From Bacillales bacterium (lineage in GTDB: Bacteria; Bacillota_I; Bacilli_A; RF39; UBA660), in assembly GCA_016292035.1 (NCBI GenBank), contig JAEEZR010000026.1, positions 16,655 through 80,654 on the forward strand: a DNA stretch of 64,000 nt, given 5' to 3'. The notes under the pieces are model-generated. The model made no database searches. It saw only the letters and a list, made by a program, of their open reading frames with translations, and had not been told where the DNA came from. A program made the translations under genes and the position numbers. Position 1 is the first letter of the stretch, and every line of letters starts with the position of its first letter. Below are positions 26,344 to 36,751 of this stretch, piece after piece.

Positions 26344-27201
26344 ATGAAAAAAGTATTAATAATATTACTATCAATTTTATTGATAAGCGGGTGTGAACTA
26401 GGTTCTTCTAAAAAAGAAGTAAAAGTTAATGCAACATATTACCCATTTGAATATGCGGTAAGCTATTTATACAAAGATATGTCCTCAATAAACAGTATAT
26501 ATCCTAGTGAAGCTAATACAGAAGAATATACTCTAACTAAAAAACAAAAAGAAAAATATAGTAATTCAGACATATTTGTTTACTCAGGGCTTACAAAAGA
26601 AGTAGATTACGCAGTAGATTTTCTAAATAGTAATTCAAATCTAAATATAATAGATGCTACAAGAGGTCTTACCTACTCTAAAGATATATCAGAGCTTTGG
26701 CTTAATCCTTCAAACTATTTAATGATAGCAAGAAATATTAAAAACACACTAAAAGATTATGAAAAAAATATATATAATGTAGAAAAGATTGAAAGCCTAT
26801 ATGAAGAATTAAAAATAAAGATTAGTGAACTTGACGTAGAATATACAATGATGGCTAAGAATGCTTCTAATAACAATCTTTTAATAGCAGATGATACATT
26901 ATTATTCTTAAGCAAATATAACATAAACGTACATACATTAAACACTAAAAACGAAAGTTATGCTAAAACAATAAATGATACAAGAAAATTAATATCTCAA
27001 GGTAAAATAAAATATGTATTTAAAATAATGGATAAAGCAATAGATGATGATACAAAAGCATTTATTGAAGAAAATAAGCTAGAAATAATAGAAATAGACC
27101 CAATGTACACATTAAGTGAAGAAGAAAGAAAGAATAATGATGATTTCTTTAGCATAATGAAAAAGAATATAGAAAAAATTAAAACTGAATTATTTAGATA
27201 A
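26344..27201 (+). CDS. lipoprotein, ZnuA/TroA-like solute-binding fold (divergent)
   Basis: Lipobox LLISGC. YPFEYAV and WLNPSNYLMIARNI resemble cluster-9 SBPs, but the His ligands are not obvious. Confidence 0.45.
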   Translation: MKKVLIILLSILLISGCELGSSKKEVKVNATYYPFEYAVSYLYKDMSSINSIYPSEANTEEYTLTKKQKEKYSNSDIFVYSGLTKEVDYAVDFLNSNSNLNIIDATRGLTYSKDISELWLNPSNYLMIARNIKNTLKDYEKNIYNVEKIESLYEELKIKISELDVEYTMMAKNASNNNLLIADDTLLFLSKYNINVHTLNTKNESYAKTINDTRKLISQGKIKYVFKIMDKAIDDDTKAFIEENKLEIIEIDPMYTLSEEERKNNDDFFSIMKKNIEKIKTELFR

Positions 27202-27211
27202 TTCAGTTTTT

Positions 27212-28192
27212 TTATTTATTTAAATACTCATATGTTTTATCAGTTACTTGTCTACCTCTTGCAGTTCGTTTAATAAAACCTTCTTGAAGTAAGAAAGGCT
27301 CAATAACATCTTCAATTGTAGTTACTTCTTCACCAATAGAAGCAGCAATGCTTTCTATGCCAACAGGTCCACCATTAAATCTTTCTATTAAACTTTCTAA
27401 GTATTCAATATCTGTATGATCAAGTCCATATTTGTCTACTTTAAGCCTATCTAATGAAGAATTTACAATATCTTTATCAATAGCAGCTAGCCCTTCAACT
27501 AATGCAAAGTCACTAACTCTTTTAAGAAGTCTATTAGCAATTCTAGGAGTCTTTCTGCTTCTAGAAGCTATAATCTTAGCTGCATCTTTATCAATGCTAA
27601 TATCTAGCACTCTAGCAGTTCTTTCAACTATCATAGTAAGTTCTTCATCAGTATAATAATTAAGCTTACAAGTAATACCAAATCTATCTCTTAAAGGACT
27701 AGATAAGTCCCCTGCTCTAGTTGTAGCACCTATTAAAGTAAAAGGAGGTAAATCTATATTAATAGAACGACTTTGTCCATCACTTCCAACAATTATATCA
27801 AGTTTAAAGTCTTCCATAGCACTATAAAGAATTTCTTCGACAAACTTAGGAATACGATGTATTTCATCAATAAATAGAACATCGTATGGCTCTAGTGTAG
27901 ATAAAAGTGCAGCCAAATCACCACTCTTTTCAATAGAAGGGCCACTTGCAGTTTTAATATTAACACCAAGTTCATTAGCAATAATATTAGCAAGAGTAGT
28001 TTTTCCAAGCCCTGGAGGACCATATAAAAGAACATGATCAAGATTTGTCTCTCTCATCTTAGCAGCTTTAGTAAAAACTTTAATGTTCTCTTTAACATCA
28101 CTTTGTCCTATATACTCATCAAAAGTAGTAGGCCTAATAGTTTTTTCAAAAGAATCAGCTTCGTTATAATTGCTATTTAAGTTTTCGTTCAT
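27212..28192 (-). CDS. ruvB: Holliday junction helicase RuvB
   Basis: [28 protein letters not shown], and the C-terminal winged helix are all canonical. Confidence 0.95.
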   Translation of the reverse strand: MNENLNSNYNEADSFEKTIRPTTFDEYIGQSDVKENIKVFTKAAKMRETNLDHVLLYGPPGLGKTTLANIIANELGVNIKTASGPSIEKSGDLAALLSTLEPYDVLFIDEIHRIPKFVEEILYSAMEDFKLDIIVGSDGQSRSINIDLPPFTLIGATTRAGDLSSPLRDRFGITCKLNYYTDEELTMIVERTARVLDISIDKDAAKIIASRSRKTPRIANRLLKRVSDFALVEGLAAIDKDIVNSSLDRLKVDKYGLDHTDIEYLESLIERFNGGPVGIESIAASIGEEVTTIEDVIEPFLLQEGFIKRTARGRQVTDKTYEYLNK

Positions 28193-28224
28193 TTTATGCC
28201 TCCTTCATCAAAATAATAATTTAG

Positions 28225-28770
28225 TTATCTAACTAATAATTTAAGTGCTTCTTTAACTTGCTCTTCAATTGTTTCAGATTTTACTTCCTTAACAATTTTA
28301 GAAACATCGCTTTTCTTATAGCCTAAACTTTCAAGAACTTCCAAAAGTTCAGTATTAACTGCGCCGGTATCTTCCTTAGAAACAAGTTTACCCTTCAAAT
28401 CAAGAATAATTTGTCTAGCAAGTTTTTCACCAACCTTAGGAAATTTTTGTAAATATAAAATGTTCTCTCTATCAATAGCATCAACAATACCATTTACATT
28501 ACCGCCCGCCAAAATAGGAAGAGCAATTTTAGGCCCAAGGCCTTTAACATCTATAAGTTTTAAAAATAGTTCTCTTTCTTCCTTAGTTTTAAAACCATAT
28601 AAAGAATATTCTTCTTCCCTAACATGATTATATAAATATACTTTAGTTTTCTCTTCAATCTTAAAAACATAAGGATTAGGAGTAAACACCCTAAAACCAA
28701 TACCATTAGTAGAAATAATAATATGATCTTTTTCTGTCTCGCATATAATGCCTTCAATAAAATCTAGCAT
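28225..28770 (-). CDS. ruvA: Holliday junction DNA-binding protein RuvA
   Basis: MLDFIEGII N-terminus after AGGTGA, HhH motifs (VKGLGPKIAL, FPKVGEKLARQI). Upstream of ruvB. Confidence 0.85.
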   Translation of the reverse strand: MLDFIEGIICETEKDHIIISTNGIGFRVFTPNPYVFKIEEKTKVYLYNHVREEEYSLYGFKTKEERELFLKLIDVKGLGPKIALPILAGGNVNGIVDAIDRENILYLQKFPKVGEKLARQIILDLKGKLVSKEDTGAVNTELLEVLESLGYKKSDVSKIVKEVKSETIEEQVKEALKLLVR

Positions 28771-28821
28771 CTCTATCACCTACTTTAATTTTAATACATT
28801 CTCAAATATAAAACAAGTGTT

Positions 28822-29274
28822 TTATTTAAATAATTCATCACTATCTAAAATAATAGTAACAGGTCCGTCATTATATATACTTACTTTCATGTCTTCACCA
28901 AAAATACCAGTTTGAGTATTAATGCCAATTTCACTTAACTTTTTATTCATATAATCATATAATTTACTAGCCATCTGAGGAGAACCAGCATTAACAAATG
29001 AAGGCCTTCTTCCGTGAGAAACATCAGCATATAAAGTAAACTGACTAATATTCAAAATACTTCCCTTAACATCAAGTAAAGAATAGTTCATTTTTCCTTC
29101 TTCATCCTCAAATATTCTAAGATTAATTATTTTATCAATCATCTTATCTACTATAGTTTCATTATCATTATCACAAAAAGAAGAAAGCAAAACAAATCCG
29201 TGGTCAATCTCACCATTTATTTTGCCATTAATTGTAACAGAACTATTCTTACTTCTTTGAATAACTACTCTCAT
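28822..29274 (-). CDS. dtd: D-aminoacyl-tRNA deacylase
   Basis: MRVVIQRS...SQFTLYAD...GRRPSF...NDGPVTI signature. Confidence 0.85.
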   Translation of the reverse strand: MRVVIQRSKNSSVTINGKINGEIDHGFVLLSSFCDNDNETIVDKMIDKIINLRIFEDEEGKMNYSLLDVKGSILNISQFTLYADVSHGRRPSFVNAGSPQMASKLYDYMNKKLSEIGINTQTGIFGEDMKVSIYNDGPVTIILDSDELFK

Positions 29275-31412
29275 TATCTTTCCACCTTACTAATAAAGCT
29301 CAAAGAACTAATTTCAGTTATAAATCTTTCCAAAAATTCTTTATTCTTAACTTTGCAAACAAACTCATATATATCTTCATTTTTAACAGACCCTTTATTA
29401 TTAATAGAAGAAACAATAATATCATTCTTAGTAGCTATAGTAATAATATCAACCAAATGATCATTAGTAGAATCTATGTATACTTTAACAATAGTAGTAA
29501 ATCTTTCAGCCAAATCATTTGACCAAGAAACATCAATTAGTCTATCTGAAAGACCCTGAGTCATTTTGCAGTCTCTTCTATGTATTTTAACGCCATTTCC
29601 CTTAGTTACATACCCAACAATATCATCACCAGGTACAGGATTACAGCAACTAGCTAAGCTAGTTAAAATATCACTATAACCTGCAACTAAAACATTACCA
29701 CGATCTTTAGTTTTAATAATGTCTTTATTATCAAGAAGTTTATCAATAGTTTCATCTTTTCTAGGCTCATAAATATCAATAAGACGCTGAGCTATTTGAT
29801 TAGGAGTATACTTAAGTAAGTTAATTCCTATTAAAACATCATCAAAAGAATCAACCTTTAATTCTTTAATAAGTTTATCAGTAACATCATCTGATAATAA
29901 ATCACTTGGATTATAATGTTTTTTCTTTATTTCAGAAGAAATGATTTCTTTACCTGCTAATAAAGTCTTTTCTTTATCTTTTTTATAAAAATAACTTCTA
30001 ATTCTAGACTTAGCACCGTCAGTTTTAACAAATTTAAGCCAAGCCTTTGAAGGCCCTTTACCTTTTTGAACTTTTAGTTCTACTATATCTCCATCTTGAA
30101 GAGCATAATCAAGGCTAACAAGCTTACCATTTACTAACGCTCCAATAGCGTCGTCTCCTACTTGTGAGTGAATTTTATAAGCAAAATCAATCGGAGTAGC
30201 GTCTATTGGAAGCTCAATTATATCTCCTTTAGGAGTAAAAACATATATAAACTCTTTAGTTAAATGACTATTAAAATCTTTAAAGAAATCGCTGTTATCT
30301 TGAACATCATTAAGTTCAATAAGAGTTCTAAACTGTGCTAACTTTTCTTCAAGTTCATTAGTTTTAGAACCATCAGTATGTTCTTTATAGCTCCAGTGAG
30401 AAGCAACGCCATGCTCAGCAATTTCATCCATCTCATGAGTTCTAACTTGAATCTCATAAAGCCTTGAATCAACACCAAAAACAGTTGTATGTATGCTTTG
30501 GTACATATTATTTTTAGGATTAGCTATAAAGTCTTTAAATCTCTTAGGAATAGGTCTAAATTTAGAATGAATATATCCAATAACTAAATAGCATTCTTCT
30601 TTTTTATCAACTAATACTCTAAGACCAAGTAAATCATAAATTTGTTCCCACTTTTTACCTAACTTAAGCTTATTATAAATACCTCTAACGCTTTTAACTC
30701 TATAAGTTAATTCATAGTTAATCTCATGCTCATTAAGAATCTTTATAATTTCATCTCTCATCTTATATAAAGAATTTAATAATTCTTCTCTAGATGCATC
30801 TATCTTTTCTACAACAGCATTATATCCTTCAGGATCTGAAAGTCTAAGACAAATATCTTCCATTTCACTCTTCATCATCTTAATACCAAGTCTATGTGCT
30901 ATTGGAATATATATTTCCTCAGTTTCATTTACAAAATCAAGAACATCAATAATATGAAATTCACTAATATTTCTTAATATATCAAGTCTATCAGCTAATT
31001 TAATAAATAAACTAATAGGATTTTCACTTAAATTAACCACAATTCGTCTAGCCCTATCAGCATTATCTTCATTCTTAAAAGAATTTTTAAACTGATTAAG
31101 CTTAGAAATAGAAGTAAGAATAGATAAAGTATCAGCAGAAAAATCATTCTTAATACTCTCACTATCAATCAAATCATCTTTAATAGCTTCATGAATAAGA
31201 GCACACCCAATAGTAAGAGAATCCATTTTTATCTCAGATAATATAATAGCAACTCTAATAGGGTGAATAATCTTCTCCTCTTTAAAATCTAAAGAACTAT
31301 ACATAAGAACAAGTCTATTATAATATCTTCTAACTTCTTCTACGTTCTCATAAGACATATAGCTACTAATGTTTTCTATAAGCTTATTAAAATAATCTTC
31401 TTTACTCTTCAT
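29274..31412 (-). CDS. relA: long RelA/SpoT homologue ((p)ppGpp synthetase; hydrolase motifs look degenerate)
   Basis: Synthetase motifs are present (YDLLGLRVLV, RFKDFIANPKNNMYQSIHTTV, EIQVRT), along with TGS and ACT regions. See the finding on the HD domain. Confidence 0.9.
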   Translation of the reverse strand: MKSKEDYFNKLIENISSYMSYENVEEVRRYYNRLVLMYSSLDFKEEKIIHPIRVAIILSEIKMDSLTIGCALIHEAIKDDLIDSESIKNDFSADTLSILTSISKLNQFKNSFKNEDNADRARRIVVNLSENPISLFIKLADRLDILRNISEFHIIDVLDFVNETEEIYIPIAHRLGIKMMKSEMEDICLRLSDPEGYNAVVEKIDASREELLNSLYKMRDEIIKILNEHEINYELTYRVKSVRGIYNKLKLGKKWEQIYDLLGLRVLVDKKEECYLVIGYIHSKFRPIPKRFKDFIANPKNNMYQSIHTTVFGVDSRLYEIQVRTHEMDEIAEHGVASHWSYKEHTDGSKTNELEEKLAQFRTLIELNDVQDNSDFFKDFNSHLTKEFIYVFTPKGDIIELPIDATPIDFAYKIHSQVGDDAIGALVNGKLVSLDYALQDGDIVELKVQKGKGPSKAWLKFVKTDGAKSRIRSYFYKKDKEKTLLAGKEIISSEIKKKHYNPSDLLSDDVTDKLIKELKVDSFDDVLIGINLLKYTPNQIAQRLIDIYEPRKDETIDKLLDNKDIIKTKDRGNVLVAGYSDILTSLASCCNPVPGDDIVGYVTKGNGVKIHRRDCKMTQGLSDRLIDVSWSNDLAERFTTIVKVYIDSTNDHLVDIITIATKNDIIVSSINNKGSVKNEDIYEFVCKVKNKEFLERFITEISSLSFISKVER

Positions 31413-33610
31413 TATCCATTAATTCCTTTAATAATTTTTTCTTTAGGGCCATCTTCTTCTTCATCTTTTGGTTTACTATTATCTTTCCTACTTTCAAGGA
31501 ATATCCATATGTAAGGAGCTATAAATAGTGAACTAAATGTACCAGCAAGAAGGCCAATTAAAACTGTAATGTTAAATTCTTTGATACTAGAGATACCAAT
31601 ACATAAAAGAATAACAATAGCACTTAATGTAGTAACACTTGTTAAAATATTTCTCTTTAATGATAATCTAATACTCTCATTAACGACTTTACTTAATTCT
31701 TCTTTAGTATTCTTCTTATGATTTTTATAGTTCTCTCTAACTAAATCAAATACAACAATAGTATCATTAATAGAATAACCAATAATAGTTAAGATACCTG
31801 CCACAAATATAAAGTTTACTTCAATCCTAAAAATAGCAAAGATACCAAGTGTAACTAAACAGTCACTAATAATAGCTATAATAGATGAAATACCATAAGA
31901 AGAAGCAAATCTAATTCCTATATATACCAAAATAGCAACACTTGCAATAATTAAAGCCTTAATAGCATTCTTAGTTAAGTCTTTCTTAACAGTATTACTT
32001 ATAACAGATATATTACTCTTATAATTTATTTCACTAAAACTATTTCTTAAAGACTTCATTTCATTTTCATTTAAAACTTCATTAATCTTATAATAAGCTT
32101 CATTATTAGAAACTTTTTCTTTTTCAATAACACTATAATCACTTAAAACATCATCAATTTTAGTAATCTCAACATTATCTCCTACAACTGTAAGACTAGA
32201 TCCACCTCTAAAGTCGATACCTAATTCTAAGCCCTTAGTTAGTATTAAAACAGCTCCAGTAATACTTACAATAAGAACAAATAAAACATTAAATTTAGAT
32301 ACTTTTAAGTAATTTCTTTCCTTAGTGCTCTTAACTTTGCCAAGTAAAGAATTAATTTTATCATCAAACTTTTTAGATTCAACAATCTTATTCATAATAA
32401 ATCTACTAACTAATACGCAAGATATCATAGTAGCAAATATAGTTATAATAAGCATTGTAGCAAAACCTTTAACACTGCTTTCTCCAAAAACAAATAAAAC
32501 TACAGAAGCAATAAAAGTAGTTATATTAGCATCTAAAAGTGATACTAAACTACGCTTGTTACCCTCTTTATATGCTTTAATTAAAGATTTGCCAGAACTT
32601 ACTTCTTCTTTAATTTTCTCAAGAGTAATTATATTAGAATCAACAGCCATACCTATTCCAAGTATCAAAGCTGCAATACCAGTTAATGTAAGCACTCCAT
32701 CAATTAAATTAAATATAGTAAATACAAGAGTAATATAAAGAAGTAAACAAACACTGCTAACTACACCACTAAGTCTATAGAAAACAATTAAAATTAAAGA
32801 AATAAATACAAAAGTAATAACACCTGCTATTGCTATAAGCTTAAGTGTATCATTACCAAATGAAGCATCTACACTCTTAGTGCTTATTTCAGTTAATTTT
32901 GTTGGAAGAGAGCCACTATTTATTAAATCAGCAAGTTCTTGCGCCGCTTCAGCATCTGCTAAACCAGTAATAACAACGTTTCCACTAAATGCTTGTGGTA
33001 CACCAGGAGCACTAATACATTTAGGATTAGAAGAGCACTCAGACAAACTAGTAGCACTGTCAACTCCTTCTTCAAAATCAAGCCATATAAACATTCTGTT
33101 TTCTTCGCCAGTTTTTTCGCTTAAATCTTTAGTAACTCTATAAAAAGTATCATTATCTTTAATATCAATTGCTACAACATAACCCATGCTTTTATCATCA
33201 TAAGTTGGTTTAGCTTTACCACTAACTAATATCGAAGAATTCATAAGTTCTTCATTTTCATTATTTCTAAAAGTTAATACAGCAGGAGTACTAAGTCTAT
33301 CCCTAGCAGCTTCCTCATTAGTAACGCCAGGAAGTTTAACTCTAATTTTATCTCCCTCTAATATAATCTCAGGTTCAGACACGCCTAAAGTATCTATTCT
33401 ATTTTGAATAGATTTATATGTACTACTTAAGTCAGTGCTAGAAACACTACCCTTACCATCTAAATTACTAACTTGATATAAAACTTCAAAGCCACCTTTT
33501 AAATCAAGCCCAAAGCTAACATTTTTAATAAGTGGAACAATAAAAGCACCACTTATAATAGCTATTAAAATTAATACTATAATGCTAAATAACATCTTGT
33601 TTTTTTTCAT
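31412..33610 (-). CDS. secDF: fused protein-export membrane protein SecDF
   Basis: 732 aa with 12 TM helices, a large first periplasmic loop, and LGLDLKGG / LGIDFRGG motifs at the start of each half. Confidence 0.9.
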   Translation of the reverse strand: MKKNKMLFSIIVLILIAIISGAFIVPLIKNVSFGLDLKGGFEVLYQVSNLDGKGSVSSTDLSSTYKSIQNRIDTLGVSEPEIILEGDKIRVKLPGVTNEEAARDRLSTPAVLTFRNNENEELMNSSILVSGKAKPTYDDKSMGYVVAIDIKDNDTFYRVTKDLSEKTGEENRMFIWLDFEEGVDSATSLSECSSNPKCISAPGVPQAFSGNVVITGLADAEAAQELADLINSGSLPTKLTEISTKSVDASFGNDTLKLIAIAGVITFVFISLILIVFYRLSGVVSSVCLLLYITLVFTIFNLIDGVLTLTGIAALILGIGMAVDSNIITLEKIKEEVSSGKSLIKAYKEGNKRSLVSLLDANITTFIASVVLFVFGESSVKGFATMLIITIFATMISCVLVSRFIMNKIVESKKFDDKINSLLGKVKSTKERNYLKVSKFNVLFVLIVSITGAVLILTKGLELGIDFRGGSSLTVVGDNVEITKIDDVLSDYSVIEKEKVSNNEAYYKINEVLNENEMKSLRNSFSEINYKSNISVISNTVKKDLTKNAIKALIIASVAILVYIGIRFASSYGISSIIAIISDCLVTLGIFAIFRIEVNFIFVAGILTIIGYSINDTIVVFDLVRENYKNHKKNTKEELSKVVNESIRLSLKRNILTSVTTLSAIVILLCIGISSIKEFNITVLIGLLAGTFSSLFIAPYIWIFLESRKDNSKPKDEEEDGPKEKIIKGING

Positions 33611-33891
33611 AAAATATTACCGTCCTCTTTTTCTAATTCTCTATTTTGATCTCTAAGTAATCCATGAACATAAGCTTTTATATCTTCTTCTCTAACTTCC
33701 ATAATAGAGCTAACCATAGAAGCTAAATCTAAACTATCAGCTTTTTTCCATACATAAATACTAAGATAATTCCAAATATCTTCTTCTTTAATATAATCAA
33801 TTTTTCTTCTTCTAAATTCCATTATTTTAGAGTAAAGAGCAGGTCTTACTCTACTATAAAGTTCATCTAAGTTCTTAAATTGAATGTCCAT
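33607..33891 (-). CDS. ComN/YrzD-like post-transcriptional regulator
   Basis: 94 aa with EDIWNYLSIYVWKK pattern, directly upstream of and overlapping secDF, as yrzD does in Bacillus. Confidence 0.5.
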   Translation of the reverse strand: MDIQFKNLDELYSRVRPALYSKIMEFRRRKIDYIKEEDIWNYLSIYVWKKADSLDLASMVSSIMEVREEDIKAYVHGLLRDQNRELEKEDGNIL

Positions 33892-33929
33892 ATTATCACC
33901 ATTAAAAGTATATCATCTTTTTGACAACA

Positions 33930-33972
33930 ATAAAAGAAAAAATCATAATTTAACCATTATAAATTATGATTT
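33930..33972 (-). terminator. rho-independent terminator
   Basis: 13-bp stem AAATCATAATTTA / TAAATTATGATTT followed by a T-run on the minus strand. Confidence 0.65.
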
Positions 33973-34281
33973 TCTATTTAATTTACTATCCAAATCATCC
34001 TCATAAGATACTAGACGTTTAATAAATATATGTTTATTAAGAATATCATCGACTTGATATCCACGATTAATCATCTTTCTAAGAACATCAAGAATCTCTT
34101 TATTAAGTTCCTTAATCTTCTCACTATTAGAATCCCAAATAGACTCAAGTCTATCAAAATCAAAATCATTAGTATTATCTAATATATCACTATCTATGGT
34201 AACCTTCTTAGCATAGAATTCCCTTTTATCTATAAGAAGAGTTATCTTTCTTCTAAGTAAAGATTCTCTAATTCCAAACAT
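33964..34281 (-). CDS. hypothetical protein
   Basis: Start moved to the ATG at 34281 (RBS AGGAGGAATT). No motif recognised. Confidence 0.4.
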   Translation of the reverse strand: MFGIRESLLRRKITLLIDKREFYAKKVTIDSDILDNTNDFDFDRLESIWDSNSEKIKELNKEILDVLRKMINRGYQVDDILNKHIFIKRLVSYEDDLDSKLNRKS

Positions 34282-34327
34282 AATTCCTCCTAAAAGATTT
34301 ATAACACAAAAATTAAAAAAACTCAAC

Positions 34328-34356
34328 ACATAAAAAGGATCCTTTATTGGATCCTT
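34328..34356 (-). terminator. rho-independent terminator
   Basis: AAGGATCC / GGATCCTT stem followed by a T-run on the minus strand. Confidence 0.65.
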
Positions 34357-34362
34357 AATATT

Positions 34363-36660
34363 TTATCTACCCTTGGTTTTAGTACTAATCATTTCAACAG
34401 CGTTCATTCTGTAACGTCCACTATCATCAATAGTAATAGCACCTATACATAAATCATTAGACATTTCGTCAACGAATAAGTAGATACCTACAGTATTCTT
34501 AGCACATTTAGAATAATCAACACCAAAGTAGTTAGAAAGTTTCTTAATTGGTTTAGCTTCTTTACCAGTAGCTATATCAATGTTATAAGCTTTTAAACCT
34601 GTATTATCGATAACATACATAGAAAGTAAATCTAATTCTTCAATAACACTATATTCATAATATTGAACAGTTCCATTTTTAAACATATTATTAAGTTTAG
34701 TAGCGTAACTAGAATTAATATTAATAACAGGCTTATTACCAGAAGAATATACATAATCTTTAGAGTTATTTACTTTACCGCCTTCAACTTTATCAGCAGT
34801 TTTATCTTCTTTATTAGTGTCTTTAGAATTATCTTTCTTTTCTTCTTGTTTCTTTTGTTCTTCTTCTTGTTTTTTCTTTGCTGCCTCTTCTTCCTCTTGT
34901 TTTTTCTTAGCTTCTTCCTCTTCTTGTTTTTTCTTTTCTTCGGCTTTCTTTTTCTTCTTTTCTTCTTTTTTCTTTTTCTTTTCTTCTTGTTTTTTCTTTT
35001 GTTCTTCTTCTTGTTTTTTCTTTTCCTCTTCTTCTTTTCTTTGTTTTTCTAATTCTTCGATTCTCTTAATTTCTTTTTCAAGTTCTTTTTGTTCTTCTTC
35101 TTGTTTCTTTAATTCATCTTTATACTCTTGAGTATCTTCATAATTTACAATTTTAGCGCCAGTCTTAGAAGAGTAATTTTTCTTAATAGTATTTAAAATA
35201 TTTTTAACTTTTTCATTGTTTCTAATATTTAAACTATTTAAAGTATGAGATTCATAAGTTTCAGAAATATGCTCACTTGTAGTAGTCTTAGTAACTAAGT
35301 TCATTGATAAAACAAGTTCTCCGTGATAGTTTTCACCTTTTTTATAGAAGTATGAAACACTACTTTTTTCTTCAATTTCAAGATAATTAGTATAAGTTTT
35401 ACCGCCTTCCTTAGAAGAAGTAGTAGGATAATAACTAGATAATTGTTTAATTAATAAAGGCTCATTATATATAGAATCTTTGTATTTAGCTTTGTAGAAT
35501 TCATCCATTTTTTCTATAACATTAACTAATGCCTTATCTTGATTTTTCTTATCATAATTTGATTTAGAATAATCATCCATAGCAAGTAATAAGTCAGCTA
35601 TTTTAGCTTCATCATTAATTATTTTTTTAAGTCCTTTTTCTATTTTCTTAGTACTTCCAGTATAATTGTAGTTTCTTAAAGCTTCACTACCAATCATATT
35701 AATAAGTATCTTAACAAAAGTTGTGTCATATGCTTCTCTTGTATAAGCATCCTTAGAATATTCTCTTTTTAATATTTCGTTTAGAGGTTCATATAGTCCA
35801 GTATGATTATATTCTGGTTGATATACATGTCCTAGTTCATGCCATAGTGTATCAAGACCAAATTTAGTTTTACTAATAACGTCATCAATAGATGAAGCAT
35901 TATATATAGTTACTTCATATCCCTTAGATAAGAGTCCAGCAGCAAGTCCTTTAGGATCGGCACTGTTAACGTAATTAATTTTTAATTTCTTAAGTCTTCC
36001 AACAACAGTAGGCATATCAATAATATCTATATTATCTTCTAAAGCTCTAAAAGTCATAAGTGCAAAATCTTTTTCTTTTTTATTTAAATTAGAGTTTTCT
36101 TCTAAAGTTGACTTTAGTAAAGCTATTTTTTCGCTATCTGTTAGTTTACTGTAATCAGTATCATCTACTGAAGCAGTAACTGATTTAGAAGCAGCATTAA
36201 CACTTATAGTAGCGTTAGAAGGCACTAAGGCAGAAGCAAGCATTAAAACAAGAACTGTCTCTTTACCAGCCTTAACTAATCTTTTAATAAAAGTATTGTT
36301 ACTAGATGGTTCATTACCACCTTGATAAACAAACTCTTCCATATTATTATATTTGGCATTAAGATTTATAAAATCTTGAACGTTTAAAGTCTTTCCATCA
36401 GCATTCAAGAAAGTATGGAAGTTGTTTTCTCTATCATAAAAATGTTGGAACTCCTTACCATTATAATTAATATTAGATAGCTTTAAATGTTCTTTTACTT
36501 TTACTTTATCAAAAACCTTGTTAACCATGTCTTCTTCTTCTGCACTAAGATCAAAAGAAACAGCATTATTAACTTTTTTACAAGCAAAATACTTATTATC
36601 TTCCTTAAAAATAATAAAGTCTTCACCATTATATTTATATACTAAAACTATTTTTTTCAT
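34363..36660 (-). CDS. large single-pass membrane protein with HExxH (gluzincin-like) domain and a ~95-residue Glu/Lys-rich tract
   Basis: Start moved to the ATG at 36660 (RBS AGAGGGGGAAATTTG). TM helix VLVLMLASALVP. HELGH at 35827-35841 with LNEIL 21 residues later. E/K tract at 34834-35121. Confidence 0.5.
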   Translation of the reverse strand: MKKIVLVYKYNGEDFIIFKEDNKYFACKKVNNAVSFDLSAEEEDMVNKVFDKVKVKEHLKLSNINYNGKEFQHFYDRENNFHTFLNADGKTLNVQDFINLNAKYNNMEEFVYQGGNEPSSNNTFIKRLVKAGKETVLVLMLASALVPSNATISVNAASKSVTASVDDTDYSKLTDSEKIALLKSTLEENSNLNKKEKDFALMTFRALEDNIDIIDMPTVVGRLKKLKINYVNSADPKGLAAGLLSKGYEVTIYNASSIDDVISKTKFGLDTLWHELGHVYQPEYNHTGLYEPLNEILKREYSKDAYTREAYDTTFVKILINMIGSEALRNYNYTGSTKKIEKGLKKIINDEAKIADLLLAMDDYSKSNYDKKNQDKALVNVIEKMDEFYKAKYKDSIYNEPLLIKQLSSYYPTTSSKEGGKTYTNYLEIEEKSSVSYFYKKGENYHGELVLSMNLVTKTTTSEHISETYESHTLNSLNIRNNEKVKNILNTIKKNYSSKTGAKIVNYEDTQEYKDELKKQEEEQKELEKEIKRIEELEKQRKEEEEKKKQEEEQKKKQEEKKKKKEEKKKKKAEEKKKQEEEEAKKKQEEEEAAKKKQEEEQKKQEEKKDNSKDTNKEDKTADKVEGGKVNNSKDYVYSSGNKPVININSSYATKLNNMFKNGTVQYYEYSVIEELDLLSMYVIDNTGLKAYNIDIATGKEAKPIKKLSNYFGVDYSKCAKNTVGIYLFVDEMSNDLCIGAITIDDSGRYRMNAVEMISTKTKGR
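34834..35121 (-). repeat. coding low-complexity Glu/Lys repeat (KKQEEE-type)
   Basis: A purine-rich GAA/AAG/AAA codon run on the sense (minus) strand. It generates long spurious F/L/S-rich ORFs on the opposite strand. Confidence 0.8.
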
Positions 36661-36751
36661 CAAATTTCCCCCTCTTAGTAAGTAAATTATACCAAAATAA
36701 AATACAAAAGTCAACACTTTTGTACTTATTTAGGTACTTGGGAAATATAAC

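Noticed and set aside
26344-27201. Orphan ZnuA/TroA-like lipoprotein without adjacent ABC permease/ATPase genes and without obvious His ligands.
   Set aside because: It is possibly interesting, but the family assignment is itself only a weak by-eye call, and transporter partners may be encoded elsewhere. There is not enough evidence to raise it as a finding.
34834-35121. Periodic repeats checked as a possible CRISPR or minisatellite array.
   Set aside because: The repeats are in-frame codon-level low complexity inside a CDS. There are no conserved direct repeats with unique spacers. No CRISPR-like array was seen anywhere in the window.
34663-35131. Two long plus-strand ORFs (129 aa and 104 aa) rich in Phe/Leu/Ser/Cys.
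   Set aside because: They are antisense shadows of the GAA/AAG/AAA codon run that encodes the Glu/Lys tract of the 34363-36660 gene. They have no RBS and extreme low complexity.
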